DNA of 63,891 nucleotides, the filler included, from Corallochytrium limacisporum Hawaii (Eukaryota; Protista; Pluriformea): assembly GCA_002811645.1 (NCBI GenBank). It is 5 parts of 5 records of this genome, joined end to end, with 100 filler letters (N's around TTAATTAATTAA, not from the genome) between each part and the next. Parts side by side here need not be neighbours in the genome. Positions count along the whole stretch, not along the records: positions 41,327 to 60,817 come from PDIP01000170.1; 4 more parts are not named here. One strand, 5' to 3'. Position 1 is the first letter of the stretch. Each line of letters starts with the position of its first letter. Both the position numbers and the translations under genes were made by a program. This document shows positions 48,525 to 57,652 of this stretch, piece by piece. The notes under the pieces are model-generated. The model searched no databases, was not told where the DNA came from, and saw nothing but the letters and a program-made list of their open reading frames with translations.

Positions 48525-50950
48525 TCATGCGCCAGTGTCGTAGCTCCTTCTCGACATTTACTGCGACCAGATTGGCACGCAGAGATAAAAACAGTGGGGA
48601 ATCGCTATTTGGTAGTTGGTTGAAGTGGAAATCTGCCCAGGCCCAGCCTTTTCCAAAGGCGTTGCTCCCCGACTGGAGCGAGACACAAGATCCATGTGCC
48701 CACCTCCGCTCGATTACTGCGGTGCGACCGCTCTTTGCGGACGGCAGCACTGCACTCGATAGAGCGTTACGAAAATTGTCGACCACAGAAGGTAACCAAG
48801 AGGCAGCCACATCCCCGCTGTTCAAGCGCTTCTATGCGTATAAGCAACAGCTCCAGGACATTGCGGGGATCTGTGAGGATTGGCACAGTTCGCGGGGAGA
48901 TGCGTCTGGAAGTGATGTGCTGGGGGGATGGAAGTATTGGACCATTGGAGAGGATTTTGTACGTCAGCGAGTGGCGGATAATGGGATCACCGGCAAGAGT
49001 CCGGTACAGGTGTTGCTAAATCCAGACCTCATGACAAAGTGGCGCATGCATGGATACATGGGCCAGATCAAGCTGGATCCCCTGGGTAACTACCTGGCTG
49101 TGGCCTGTGACATCGGGCACGGCCAGGAGACCTGGACAACATTCGTCGTGCGTCTGTTCGAAGACAGTAATGACGCGCCTGTTTGCGTCCGGTCTGTGAC
49201 CGGTGCCGTCAACAGTGAATTTGCCAACACCGCCGACGGGAGGACTCTCTTGGTCTGTACCGAAACCGGCGACGACAATCGACCCAGTCAGGTATATAGC
49301 ATTGATCTGTCCGCTGACAGCGACAATCAATACCTGATCCTGCCCGCAGTTAAGGACCAGTCGTACTTCATCGACGTTGGACGCACAAAGGATGGTAAGT
49401 TCATGACGCTCAACGCCAATTCCAAGTCCTCGTCGGTTGTGTACATTGCAGACCTGACCAAATCCTCTGCCGCGGGCGTCTTGACTTGGCATCGCTTCTT
49501 GCCTGCGCGCAAGCATCTGCGGTACTTTGTTGACCACCACGAGGATACGTTCTTGGTGCTGATGCTCGACGACCTGGAAAATCGATCTTACGTGGTAGCC
49601 GTAGGTGATACCGATGTCACGAGTCGGAAGTTAGGTCACGCCTCCTTGGACGACATTTTTGCCGCACAGAACAGTGAGGATGATCTCTTGGCGATGCAAG
49701 AGATAGTGTCCTCCGATCAGGACCGCGCTCTCACGGATATGGACGTTTTTAAGGATTTCTTGGCGCTCTACTACCACGCATCGGTGAGACCTATGATTTC
49801 TCGTCTGCGCTTGGATTGCAAAGACTGGGACGCGCCATTGTCCGCCACGCCCATTACCCTGCCTGATTCTGATTGCTCTGCGAGCTACCATCTCGTGCCT
49901 GACAGTAACGTCAATTTTAGCGCCGAACACGTGACCCTCGGGGTCACGAGCCCAACTCTACCATGGCTCAATTTGGAGATAAGTGGCACTGGAGGGACTG
50001 AAGCATCCGTCCAAGACAAGCTGACCATCCACGAAATTCAGCGCTGGCTCCATTTTGATATCTCCAAGGTGGCATTGAAGCACGAATTAACACAGTGCCA
50101 TAGTGGAGACGGCGTATCTGTGCCTATAACGCTGTGCCAGCCGTTGGCGCCCGCAAATCGCAGTGGTCGACTGCTTTGCCTCGTATACGGGGCATACGGG
50201 GAAGGGAAGGACTTGCTGGGCTGGCAGGCTCAGTATCACTTGCTTTGCGCCCGCGAAGGCTACGGCCTTGCCATTCTGCATGTCCGGGGCGGCGTCGGGC
50301 TTTCTCCGAAGTGGCACGCGTCTGTGCGCGGACGAAGTAGGCAGCCGACCTTTGACGATACTGATGCATCGCTGAGATTTCTACACAGCTCTGGAGTCTA
50401 TGATCCACAGTCGACGGCCCTAATTGGCGCCAGTGCTGGTGGAGTGGCCCTACTGCACGTCCTTCAACGGCAGCGGGAGCAACAGAAATCGCGGTCAAAG
50501 TCATTACAATGGCAATCAGGCGACGTAGGCGCCCTGATCTTCCGATCCCCTTTCGTTGACGTCGTCGCAACGACGCAGTCGGCCATGGGCAACGAGCCAG
50601 ATCCGCTCGCCATCCATGAACTTGAAGAATGGGGCAAAGACATTGAGGAGATCAGGGCCTGGGATCCATGGACATCGATGGTAAGTGACGTGGCCAAGGG
50701 GAACTCATCCTCGACGGGGGTTCCACACGTGCTAATCTCGCAACAGCTTGAAGACCCGCGTGTACCGGCCTGGCATGCCGCGCAGCTCTACGCCTGGCTC
50801 CACTCCCTTGACGATGGGGCTGACAAGGTCGTCTGGCTCGGCAGCGAGGATGGCGGCCACTTCGGTCCGAGCGGTGCCACCACTGTCCAGGACCTAGAGG
50901 CCCTGGAAATGGCGTTCTTGCAAAATGCGTTGGCGGTATCTTCAGCATAA
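48521..50950 (+). CDS. S9A serine peptidase (oligopeptidase B / PREPL-like) with putative mitochondrial presequence
   Basis: Beta-propeller region (QVLLNP, IDVGRTKDGKFMTLNANSKSSS, YFVDHH) and catalytic domain (SGDGVSVPIT, VYGAYG, HVRGG, GASAGG nucleophile, SPFVDV, EDPRVP, GGHF). The N-terminus is R/S/T/F-rich with no acidic residues. Start is 48521 or 48527. Confidence 0.88.
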   Translation: MIMRQCRSSFSTFTATRLARRDKNSGESLFGSWLKWKSAQAQPFPKALLPDWSETQDPCAHLRSITAVRPLFADGSTALDRALRKLSTTEGNQEAATSPLFKRFYAYKQQLQDIAGICEDWHSSRGDASGSDVLGGWKYWTIGEDFVRQRVADNGITGKSPVQVLLNPDLMTKWRMHGYMGQIKLDPLGNYLAVACDIGHGQETWTTFVVRLFEDSNDAPVCVRSVTGAVNSEFANTADGRTLLVCTETGDDNRPSQVYSIDLSADSDNQYLILPAVKDQSYFIDVGRTKDGKFMTLNANSKSSSVVYIADLTKSSAAGVLTWHRFLPARKHLRYFVDHHEDTFLVLMLDDLENRSYVVAVGDTDVTSRKLGHASLDDIFAAQNSEDDLLAMQEIVSSDQDRALTDMDVFKDFLALYYHASVRPMISRLRLDCKDWDAPLSATPITLPDSDCSASYHLVPDSNVNFSAEHVTLGVTSPTLPWLNLEISGTGGTEASVQDKLTIHEIQRWLHFDISKVALKHELTQCHSGDGVSVPITLCQPLAPANRSGRLLCLVYGAYGEGKDLLGWQAQYHLLCAREGYGLAILHVRGGVGLSPKWHASVRGRSRQPTFDDTDASLRFLHSSGVYDPQSTALIGASAGGVALLHVLQRQREQQKSRSKSLQWQSGDVGALIFRSPFVDVVATTQSAMGNEPDPLAIHELEEWGKDIEEIRAWDPWTSMVSDVAKGNSSSTGVPHVLISQQLEDPRVPAWHAAQLYAWLHSLDDGADKVVWLGSEDGGHFGPSGATTVQDLEALEMAFLQNALAVSSA

Positions 50951-51014
50951 AGTATAACCATAGAGTGTTTCTAATTTGTACATATATTGGTAGAATTCTA
51001 CAAGTGAAATGTAG

Positions 51015-53594
51015 TCAGTAGTCTGACCGTTCGGAGCTGTAAGATCGGGATCGACCGGAATTCCTGTGAGCGTCATCATCATCCCAGCGATCGCCCTCCG
51101 CCATGGCCTGTCGAGTCATTTCGGCATTGTGGTCCTCCGTCCAGGCGGTGAGTTCTTCCCGGGCGTCGTCCGTGACGGGCCCCAAGTTGATTGAAGTGAA
51201 AAAATTGATGGCAAAGCGGAGCTCGGTTAAGCCATCGTAGGGAATAAGTTGGCGACCCAGACGGCGCCGTTGCAGCTCTCGGCGGACTTGGAGAGGCAAT
51301 GGCCTGCCACCACTCCATCTGCTGCCCTTCCACCTGAGTTTCTGCTTGATCTCAGTCCAGTCCTGGTCGTTGGTGGCTTCATCTAAGGCCGACTCCCCAC
51401 GACTCTGCGGCTGGTCAAGGCCAAATTCTTCCATGAAGCGGTCCAGACCCCACGCATCAAAGAGCTCCTGGAACAGATACTTCAGAAAAATGCGGCTACC
51501 ACTGGTAGTGTCTTCCTGTGTGATGCGCAGATGGAACATTTCTTCAAGGGGTTCGCTCGGCAGGGGCGCCATAGTTGAGGCTACGTTCAAATCCTGACTA
51601 ATCTCAAAAACGTGCGCAAAGAAGAAAGCCGTGTTACGTAGGATAGTGGTATCGTAGTTGTGCAAATTTGCGTACTCACTGCGGAACAGCTCCTCCATTC
51701 TTTCGGTCCAATGTCGGTTGACGCGCATCAACCGTTCCGCAATAACTCCGTAGAACTTACGATAAGTCCTCTCTGCGACGCAGCACTCGAGGACCACCTT
51801 GACCAAGAGAGCATCGTAGCCTTCGGGTAGGATCAGCTGCAGTAGTTTGTGAGTAGCGTCATCCGCCGAAAGCGCCGTGTTGAGGGTCAGGTACACTGTC
51901 TTCCGGAAGTTTACAACATTAGTGTCGGTGTGGTCGACAATGCTTACGGACCCAGTGAGTGCACCCTGCTTCTTAAGCTCTTCGGCGTGCTCCTTGGCAC
52001 GCTTCAGCGACTCAGACACCATTAGAGCGTCGGCTCCTTGGCCGTCATCATCGACAGCTTCTTCTTCTTCAGCAATAGTGTCTCCCGGACCCAAGTCTTC
52101 CAAGACTTCCATGCGGAACTGCTCGTATTTCTTTTCATTTTCTCGGAAATTAGGATCGTACTGGAACTGGTCTAGCTCCCAATGAGGGTTGGTAATGGTC
52201 TCTTCGCCCTCATCGTTTAGTAGGGAGTGTTCGTGAGTGACGCAGTCTTCTTCGGGGAGAATATCCAAAATGTCGATAATGTTCTCCGATTTGGTGAATC
52301 CTTTCTTTCGCCATTCAAATATGGCTTCCACAGTATATTTCATGCGTCTGATGCGCTCAAAGTCACTGGCCTCCTCATCACGTTTCATTTGGCTCTTGCG
52401 GTGGATTCTATCATCGATGTGGGAGAGCTGTTCACGCAGCTGTTCAAAGATTGCGTCCAGTCCCTTCGGAACGGTCTCTTGGAGTGTATGGCCAGACACT
52501 TGCAAAATAGTAACACAGACTTCCATCAGGTCCGCCGTTGCCTCTGTGTACATAATGTCATCTGCTTCATGAGACGCACATCCCGTGTCAAGCAATACAA
52601 ATAGGAGCTCCAGAATAATCATCTCATGTACGACCTTGTGGGTCACCAGGTGGGACAAGAAAGACGCTGCCCGCAGCGTCTGAAGACGGTCTCCTTCGCG
52701 AATGCCTTCTTGAAAGATTGCCAGCAATCGGTGAAACAGTAACAGACCAACACGTGGTAGTAAACTGTTCAGTACAGCAACCAAGGCGCTCATAGCAGGG
52801 AGCAGCTTGGTGGACTGGCGTTGGGTTTTCAGTAGCAATTGGCACAGGATTCCACGTAGGCGTACCACGTTCACCTCGTCGATCATATCCACGGCAATTT
52901 CCCGGATATTTGCGTCTGTAAGACGGTTTAGCAGGCCGCGCATGACACTGACGCTCTCATTCCAGTGTCGTCGCTGCATGCTTTGATCGAGAGCACGCTT
53001 GGCCTCGCTTGCACTGCCGTGGGCCGTTGTAACTCCACTACTGGCCGTTGCCTTGCGAAGGTGAGGTGGGATATAGACAGTAGGCGGTCGCTTTGTGAAT
53101 TTGGGTCCCTCGAGTTCCTTGTCCCCTCGCTGCTCATTTCGATCCAGCTCTTTGCCTGATTCTCGTCTCCGATTGTCTCCATGGCGTCGATGACGATGAG
53201 CTCGATCTTTTCGATGTCTGTATGCCCGTTCTCTACTCCTATCTCGACGCGAACTTCCAATTCGCTGGTAGGTGTGCTCTTCATCGTCATCTGTTCGGGG
53301 TTGCCGCCTGTGATATTTGTCCCGGTCGTAGTCCTCATCGCTGTGTTCGCGTTTCCTTCGACTGCTACTGTGCGTACCATCGTACTCGTCACGGTCTTTA
53401 TGTCTGCGTGACCGTTTGCTTTCTCTCTGTTCGCGTCGTGTGTATGCATCCCTGGTCAATCGACGGGATACTTGACTATCGGAACTTGCTTGTCGCCTGG
53501 TGCCGACACTGTCTCTGCTCCTCTTCTGACCCTCCTGACTGACGTAAACGTCCTCTGATCCACTATGACTCTGGCGACTTACTTCTGAAGTCAT
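51015..53594 (-). CDS. CWC22: Pre-mRNA splicing factor CWC22 (MIF4G + MA3)
   Basis: R/D/S-rich N-terminus, YIPP, MIF4G (GLLNRL...NI, ALVAVLNS.LP.VG.LL, FLSHLV...VVHE), FQYDPNF.ENEKKYE, MA3 (VNFRKTVYLTL...A.HKLL, ERTY.KFYG), TTSGSRIFLK.LFQEL, RFAINFFTSINLG..TDD.RE. Confidence 0.92.
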   Translation of the reverse strand: MTSEVSRQSHSGSEDVYVSQEGQKRSRDSVGTRRQASSDSQVSRRLTRDAYTRREQRESKRSRRHKDRDEYDGTHSSSRRKREHSDEDYDRDKYHRRQPRTDDDEEHTYQRIGSSRRDRSRERAYRHRKDRAHRHRRHGDNRRRESGKELDRNEQRGDKELEGPKFTKRPPTVYIPPHLRKATASSGVTTAHGSASEAKRALDQSMQRRHWNESVSVMRGLLNRLTDANIREIAVDMIDEVNVVRLRGILCQLLLKTQRQSTKLLPAMSALVAVLNSLLPRVGLLLFHRLLAIFQEGIREGDRLQTLRAASFLSHLVTHKVVHEMIILELLFVLLDTGCASHEADDIMYTEATADLMEVCVTILQVSGHTLQETVPKGLDAIFEQLREQLSHIDDRIHRKSQMKRDEEASDFERIRRMKYTVEAIFEWRKKGFTKSENIIDILDILPEEDCVTHEHSLLNDEGEETITNPHWELDQFQYDPNFRENEKKYEQFRMEVLEDLGPGDTIAEEEEAVDDDGQGADALMVSESLKRAKEHAEELKKQGALTGSVSIVDHTDTNVVNFRKTVYLTLNTALSADDATHKLLQLILPEGYDALLVKVVLECCVAERTYRKFYGVIAERLMRVNRHWTERMEELFRSEYANLHNYDTTILRNTAFFFAHVFEISQDLNVASTMAPLPSEPLEEMFHLRITQEDTTSGSRIFLKYLFQELFDAWGLDRFMEEFGLDQPQSRGESALDEATNDQDWTEIKQKLRWKGSRWSGGRPLPLQVRRELQRRRLGRQLIPYDGLTELRFAINFFTSINLGPVTDDAREELTAWTEDHNAEMTRQAMAEGDRWDDDDAHRNSGRSRSYSSERSDY

Positions 53595-54172
53595 TGTTGT
53601 ATACTGCTCATACCAATACTAACATTGTACTTAACAAATCAAGGCGAAATTGTTCACAAAGCGTCTGACATTCCGACTCCATCCGTCAACCTGGCAGCTG
53701 GTCGATTTCAATGATTGTATAATTAAGATACGTCAAAGTCTATCTGTACAAGCCTTGTTCTTTTACATACCAACGTACACAACTCCGAATGCACATGTGT
53801 GGACTGAACGTCTTCTAGTGCCATAGAAACAAGGTGACCACCCAGGACAACACAGTTTTCCATGTGAGACCCACGTATGAGTATGTTTTAGAGCGGGCTG
53901 CGCTGGTCCCCTACCGCCCGGGGGAAGGGGCCAGAGGCGCGGGAAAAGGCGGGTCAACTGCAGCCAAGCCGCGGGACTTGTCCCAAAGAGGCGAGTGCAC
54001 ATAGTCGGAAGCACAGCATTGGCACTGACCAGGAACGTGTTTTTACATTGGACGCCCTGAACAGGATATAATCTCGAAACGAAAAATCCAAAAATTGTGT
54101 ATTTTAGCTCGACAATATGTACAAAACAGTGAAAAAGGAATCCAATGTAGTTGCTTCTAACTTCTACCCAGT

Positions 54173-57100
54173 TCACATCTGGCCGGCAGGATTCTTGCGC
54201 AGCTGGTCCAGAGTCGGCTTCTTGTTCGCGGCTGTCTTGCTGTCCTTTCCAAGCCCAGACAAACTCTCCATGGTCCGTTTCTCAAAGTCAGCAAGCATCT
54301 GCTTCTTACGATTGACGGCTTCCATGTCCACCGGGATCGTGGCACTGTCGCTCGCAATTGAACCTTCCCGACTGATACGATCTGTGTTAGGCCACTCAGT
54401 GTTCAGAATGTCAGCGTTTGAGTGAGTCCTGCCGTTCACTCCAATCGGGCGCCCCATGGTGCCAGCCGCGGGACCACCCATGTTCAAAGCCTGATCAGGA
54501 GCATTGAGAATATCCTCCAGGCTGGCGGCACGCCCGGGGGCGGCGGATGTTACAGTGAGAGTGCTGCCCCGTGGAGATCCCACGGTGTTGCGATAGGCCG
54601 GCCGGGGTCCTTTGCCGACCTCAAGCCCCGGGCGGCCTCGCATGTGAGAAGACTCAAACTCGCTCCATAACTCGCCGGGAGACCCATGGTGTGGTTGCTG
54701 CATTTGAATGTTCTGTTGTTGTTGTTGCTGCTGCTGCGGTGGAATCTGCTGTGGTGCAGTTCCACGATGCGGTTGCTGCTGCTGCTGTATCTGGTGCCTT
54801 TGCTGCTGTTGCTGAGGTTGCCTGACCTGCCCAGTCGGTGGAGTGTTGCTCATTTTAGTGGCTCCGAGATTAAAAGCCTGATCTTGTTTCTGCGGAATGG
54901 GTTGCGCTATAGGGGCTTGCTCCATGCTCTTGTGACGCACCTGAATGCCCGTGCCTCCGGACATCTGCTGAGCAGGCAATTGCGCATGCGGTCCCGGTTG
55001 CTGCATCACAGACGGACCGCTCTTCACCCGTTGAATACTGTCGTCACCGTGCACAGCCAGAGTAGGACTCATTGTGGTTGAGTTAAGGGTTGGTGAGGTC
55101 TTGTTGGAGGCGTGAAGGAACTCCGAAGGAGGCGCAGAATGTGACGAGGTCACTGCGTCAGGGTGGGGCACCGCCATCCCACCATTGCCACTCTTAATGT
55201 AGCTGTCCCTGCCACCTTTCTTCGGTGGTGGTTGTTGTTGGGGGTGCCTGAATTGTTCTGATCCACCATTTGCATTGTAGGCAGGTGATCCAGAGCCTTG
55301 ACGAGAGCCATAGTCGGTATCCTGTGACTGTGCTTGCGGCGCATGATAGGATGTCTGACGAACAGGCTGCCCGGGCATGGAGTGAGACATTGTTGCAGGG
55401 GATGCCTGGCCAGATTGCCTTTGCGTCATCTGTGTGGTTCTGATTGGTTCCGATGTGGTACTAAGACGTTGCTGCTGCGACGGCTGCGGCTGACTGTACA
55501 CCTGCGTGGGAATCTGCTCACTTTTAGGCCTAACCCGTCCACCGCCAATACTGTCCCTGGTCATAGAGGGAATGATGGCTTCGGGATCGCTGCCGCGGCC
55601 CACAGGAGGGTCTCCTGATTTCAGTGGCAGCGATCGCTGGTTCGGCATCCTTTGACCTTGCTGCCCGGAAGGAACACGCTCCATTGGTAAGGGTTGAAGG
55701 GCTCCTGGGGGTACCTGTTGCCGGGCAGTGGTTGACGGTTGTCCCGCTTGCATCGTCGGCCTCTGCTGTGGTACCTGGCCAGATCCTCCCTTTGCAGCAG
55801 TACTTGGCTGTTGTGGTGGCCGCTGCTGTTGCCCTTGTTGTGGCGGCCGCTGCTGCTGCTGTTGCTGTTGCTGTTGCTGTTTCTGTTGCTGTTGCGGTTG
55901 CTGTTGCTGTTGCTGTTGTTGTTGCGGTTGCTGTTGCAGTTGCTGATGTTGTTGCGGTTGCTGCTGCTGTTGTTGCGGTTGCTGCTGTTGTTGTTGCGTC
56001 TTTTGAGCAGCTACAGGTTGAGCAGCCTGTGCAATCTTTTGCTGTTCAGTTTCCTGTTTTGCCTTGAGTCTGGCATTTTCTTCTTCTTCTTTCTTGCGCT
56101 TCTCTGCTGCTGCCTTGGCTTGCTGCTGCTTCTGGAAAGCCTGTGCAAGAGCAGCTTCTTCTGCCTCAGCTTCCTGCTTGGCCTTTGCAATCAACGCCTG
56201 TGGATCCCGTTCATAATCCTTCACAATTTGGCGAATTGACTGCGATATCCGTTCACAGTCATCCTCAGAGGCCAGTTTTGCATCAACCATCTCCTTGGCC
56301 ACATCTTCCGGATCGTCCTTCACCATATTGTACATAAAGAAAACTTGGTTCTTCTTGACCGTGTCTTCCTTTTCATCCTGCACCATGTTGACAAACTTGA
56401 GTTTCAAAGCGTCGTCTTCTCCATCCTTCTCTACCTCGACAAAGGCGACATCCAGATCATCAACGCTCTCCGGGAGCTCTGCTTCATCCTGACTAGAGGG
56501 GTTGAATGAGGCCGACCCACGGCCTTCACCTTCCTTCGCAGGCACCAGAGTAGTACTTTCATCCGTAATGAAAGGGTGCTCCAAGAGCTGAGGAATCGTC
56601 AACCGCTTACTGTGATGACAAAGACACCCCATGATAAAGTTATACGCCTTCGCGTTCTCCACCTTCTTCAGCGACTCCGGCTGGATGCCACTGCTCACTC
56701 GCTTGTACACTTGTGCTGCATTGGTGCATTCACTGTATGGGTATTCCCTAGTGATCATCTCGAGTACGCACATGCCAAAGCTGTAGACATCGACACTCTC
56801 AGTGTACATCTCATCGTACATTTCCGGTGCCATAAATTCCGGGGTGCCAATAAGGGAGACTGCGTGATCATTTTTCTTCAGCGTAGCGAGACCCAAATCA
56901 CCAATCTTCACTTCACCATTGGCGCCGTTGACAAAAATGTTGTCGCACTTCAAGTCACGGTGAATGATCGGTGGATCTCGACTGTGCAGATACTGCAAGC
57001 CAGCCAGAATTTGCTTGCACCAACTACGTACGACCTTGATCCGTACTGCGGACGATTTCCGGATGTACTGCTTCAGCGTACCAGAAGTCATGAGCTCCGT

Positions 57101-57652
57101 TGCGAAAATGACCCGGTGGCCATTTTTAGAGGTCCTCTCCCATGCATCATAGAATCGAATGATGTTATCGTGGCGCAAGCTGCGCAGAATGTCGACTTCC
57201 TCCAAGAAACGTTGTCGTTCGGCTTCGCTGAAGTCTCGGCAAACAACTTCATTCCATGCCACCTCCTGGGCCTCTTCCGTATCTAATCCCCGGTACACCG
57301 TCTTGAAAGCACCACTGCCCAGAATGGTGGAGTAGCAGGCAAAGCGAGATCCCTGTCCGGGTTTTTCAGGGCTGTAGTCAATAATAACCTCGTTCTCCTC
57401 AGCGAGGGGATCCTCGTCTCCCGCCAAATACGAATCTACTGCCTTTCGGAGTAGTGTTGCCTCGAACTCAACACGATCCAGTTTGTTCACAATGTGTGAG
57501 CTCTTTTCTTCTATCTGTTTACGCAGGTCTTCTACAATAGTCTTCCTAATCTTGCGCCCATTGATTTCAACATACTCTTCCGTTTCAAGGGTGGGCGACA
57601 AGTCCTTGGAAGGCGCGGTGAGCACCCCTGGCTGTGTGCTTGAGTCAGTCAT
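54173..57652 (-). CDS. WNK: WNK (With-No-Lysine) protein kinase
   Basis: LGSGAFKTVYRGLD (catalytic Lys in subdomain I), VAWN replacing VAIK, TELMTSGTLKQY, PPIIHRDLKCDNIF, KIGDLGLATL, IGTPEFMAPEMY, EYPYSEC.NAAQ.YKRV. A PF2/CCT-like domain (DDPEDVAKEMV), coiled coil and long Q-rich tail follow. First ATG is at 57652. Confidence 0.95.
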   Translation of the reverse strand: MTDSSTQPGVLTAPSKDLSPTLETEEYVEINGRKIRKTIVEDLRKQIEEKSSHIVNKLDRVEFEATLLRKAVDSYLAGDEDPLAEENEVIIDYSPEKPGQGSRFACYSTILGSGAFKTVYRGLDTEEAQEVAWNEVVCRDFSEAERQRFLEEVDILRSLRHDNIIRFYDAWERTSKNGHRVIFATELMTSGTLKQYIRKSSAVRIKVVRSWCKQILAGLQYLHSRDPPIIHRDLKCDNIFVNGANGEVKIGDLGLATLKKNDHAVSLIGTPEFMAPEMYDEMYTESVDVYSFGMCVLEMITREYPYSECTNAAQVYKRVSSGIQPESLKKVENAKAYNFIMGCLCHHSKRLTIPQLLEHPFITDESTTLVPAKEGEGRGSASFNPSSQDEAELPESVDDLDVAFVEVEKDGEDDALKLKFVNMVQDEKEDTVKKNQVFFMYNMVKDDPEDVAKEMVDAKLASEDDCERISQSIRQIVKDYERDPQALIAKAKQEAEAEEAALAQAFQKQQQAKAAAEKRKKEEEENARLKAKQETEQQKIAQAAQPVAAQKTQQQQQQPQQQQQQPQQHQQLQQQPQQQQQQQQQPQQQQKQQQQQQQQQQRPPQQGQQQRPPQQPSTAAKGGSGQVPQQRPTMQAGQPSTTARQQVPPGALQPLPMERVPSGQQGQRMPNQRSLPLKSGDPPVGRGSDPEAIIPSMTRDSIGGGRVRPKSEQIPTQVYSQPQPSQQQRLSTTSEPIRTTQMTQRQSGQASPATMSHSMPGQPVRQTSYHAPQAQSQDTDYGSRQGSGSPAYNANGGSEQFRHPQQQPPPKKGGRDSYIKSGNGGMAVPHPDAVTSSHSAPPSEFLHASNKTSPTLNSTTMSPTLAVHGDDSIQRVKSGPSVMQQPGPHAQLPAQQMSGGTGIQVRHKSMEQAPIAQPIPQKQDQAFNLGATKMSNTPPTGQVRQPQQQQQRHQIQQQQQPHRGTAPQQIPPQQQQQQQQNIQMQQPHHGSPGELWSEFESSHMRGRPGLEVGKGPRPAYRNTVGSPRGSTLTVTSAAPGRAASLEDILNAPDQALNMGGPAAGTMGRPIGVNGRTHSNADILNTEWPNTDRISREGSIASDSATIPVDMEAVNRKKQMLADFEKRTMESLSGLGKDSKTAANKKPTLDQLRKNPAGQM
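55800..55997 (-). repeat. Coding CAG/CAA poly-Q/P repeat within WNK
   Basis: Run of ctg/ttg triplets on the + strand encoding QQQQQQPQQQQQQP... Confidence 0.9.

Noticed and set aside
55624-56239. Poly-Cys, poly-Leu and poly-Val/Ala ORFs on the + strand
   Set aside because: Alternate-frame readings of the WNK poly-Q repeat.
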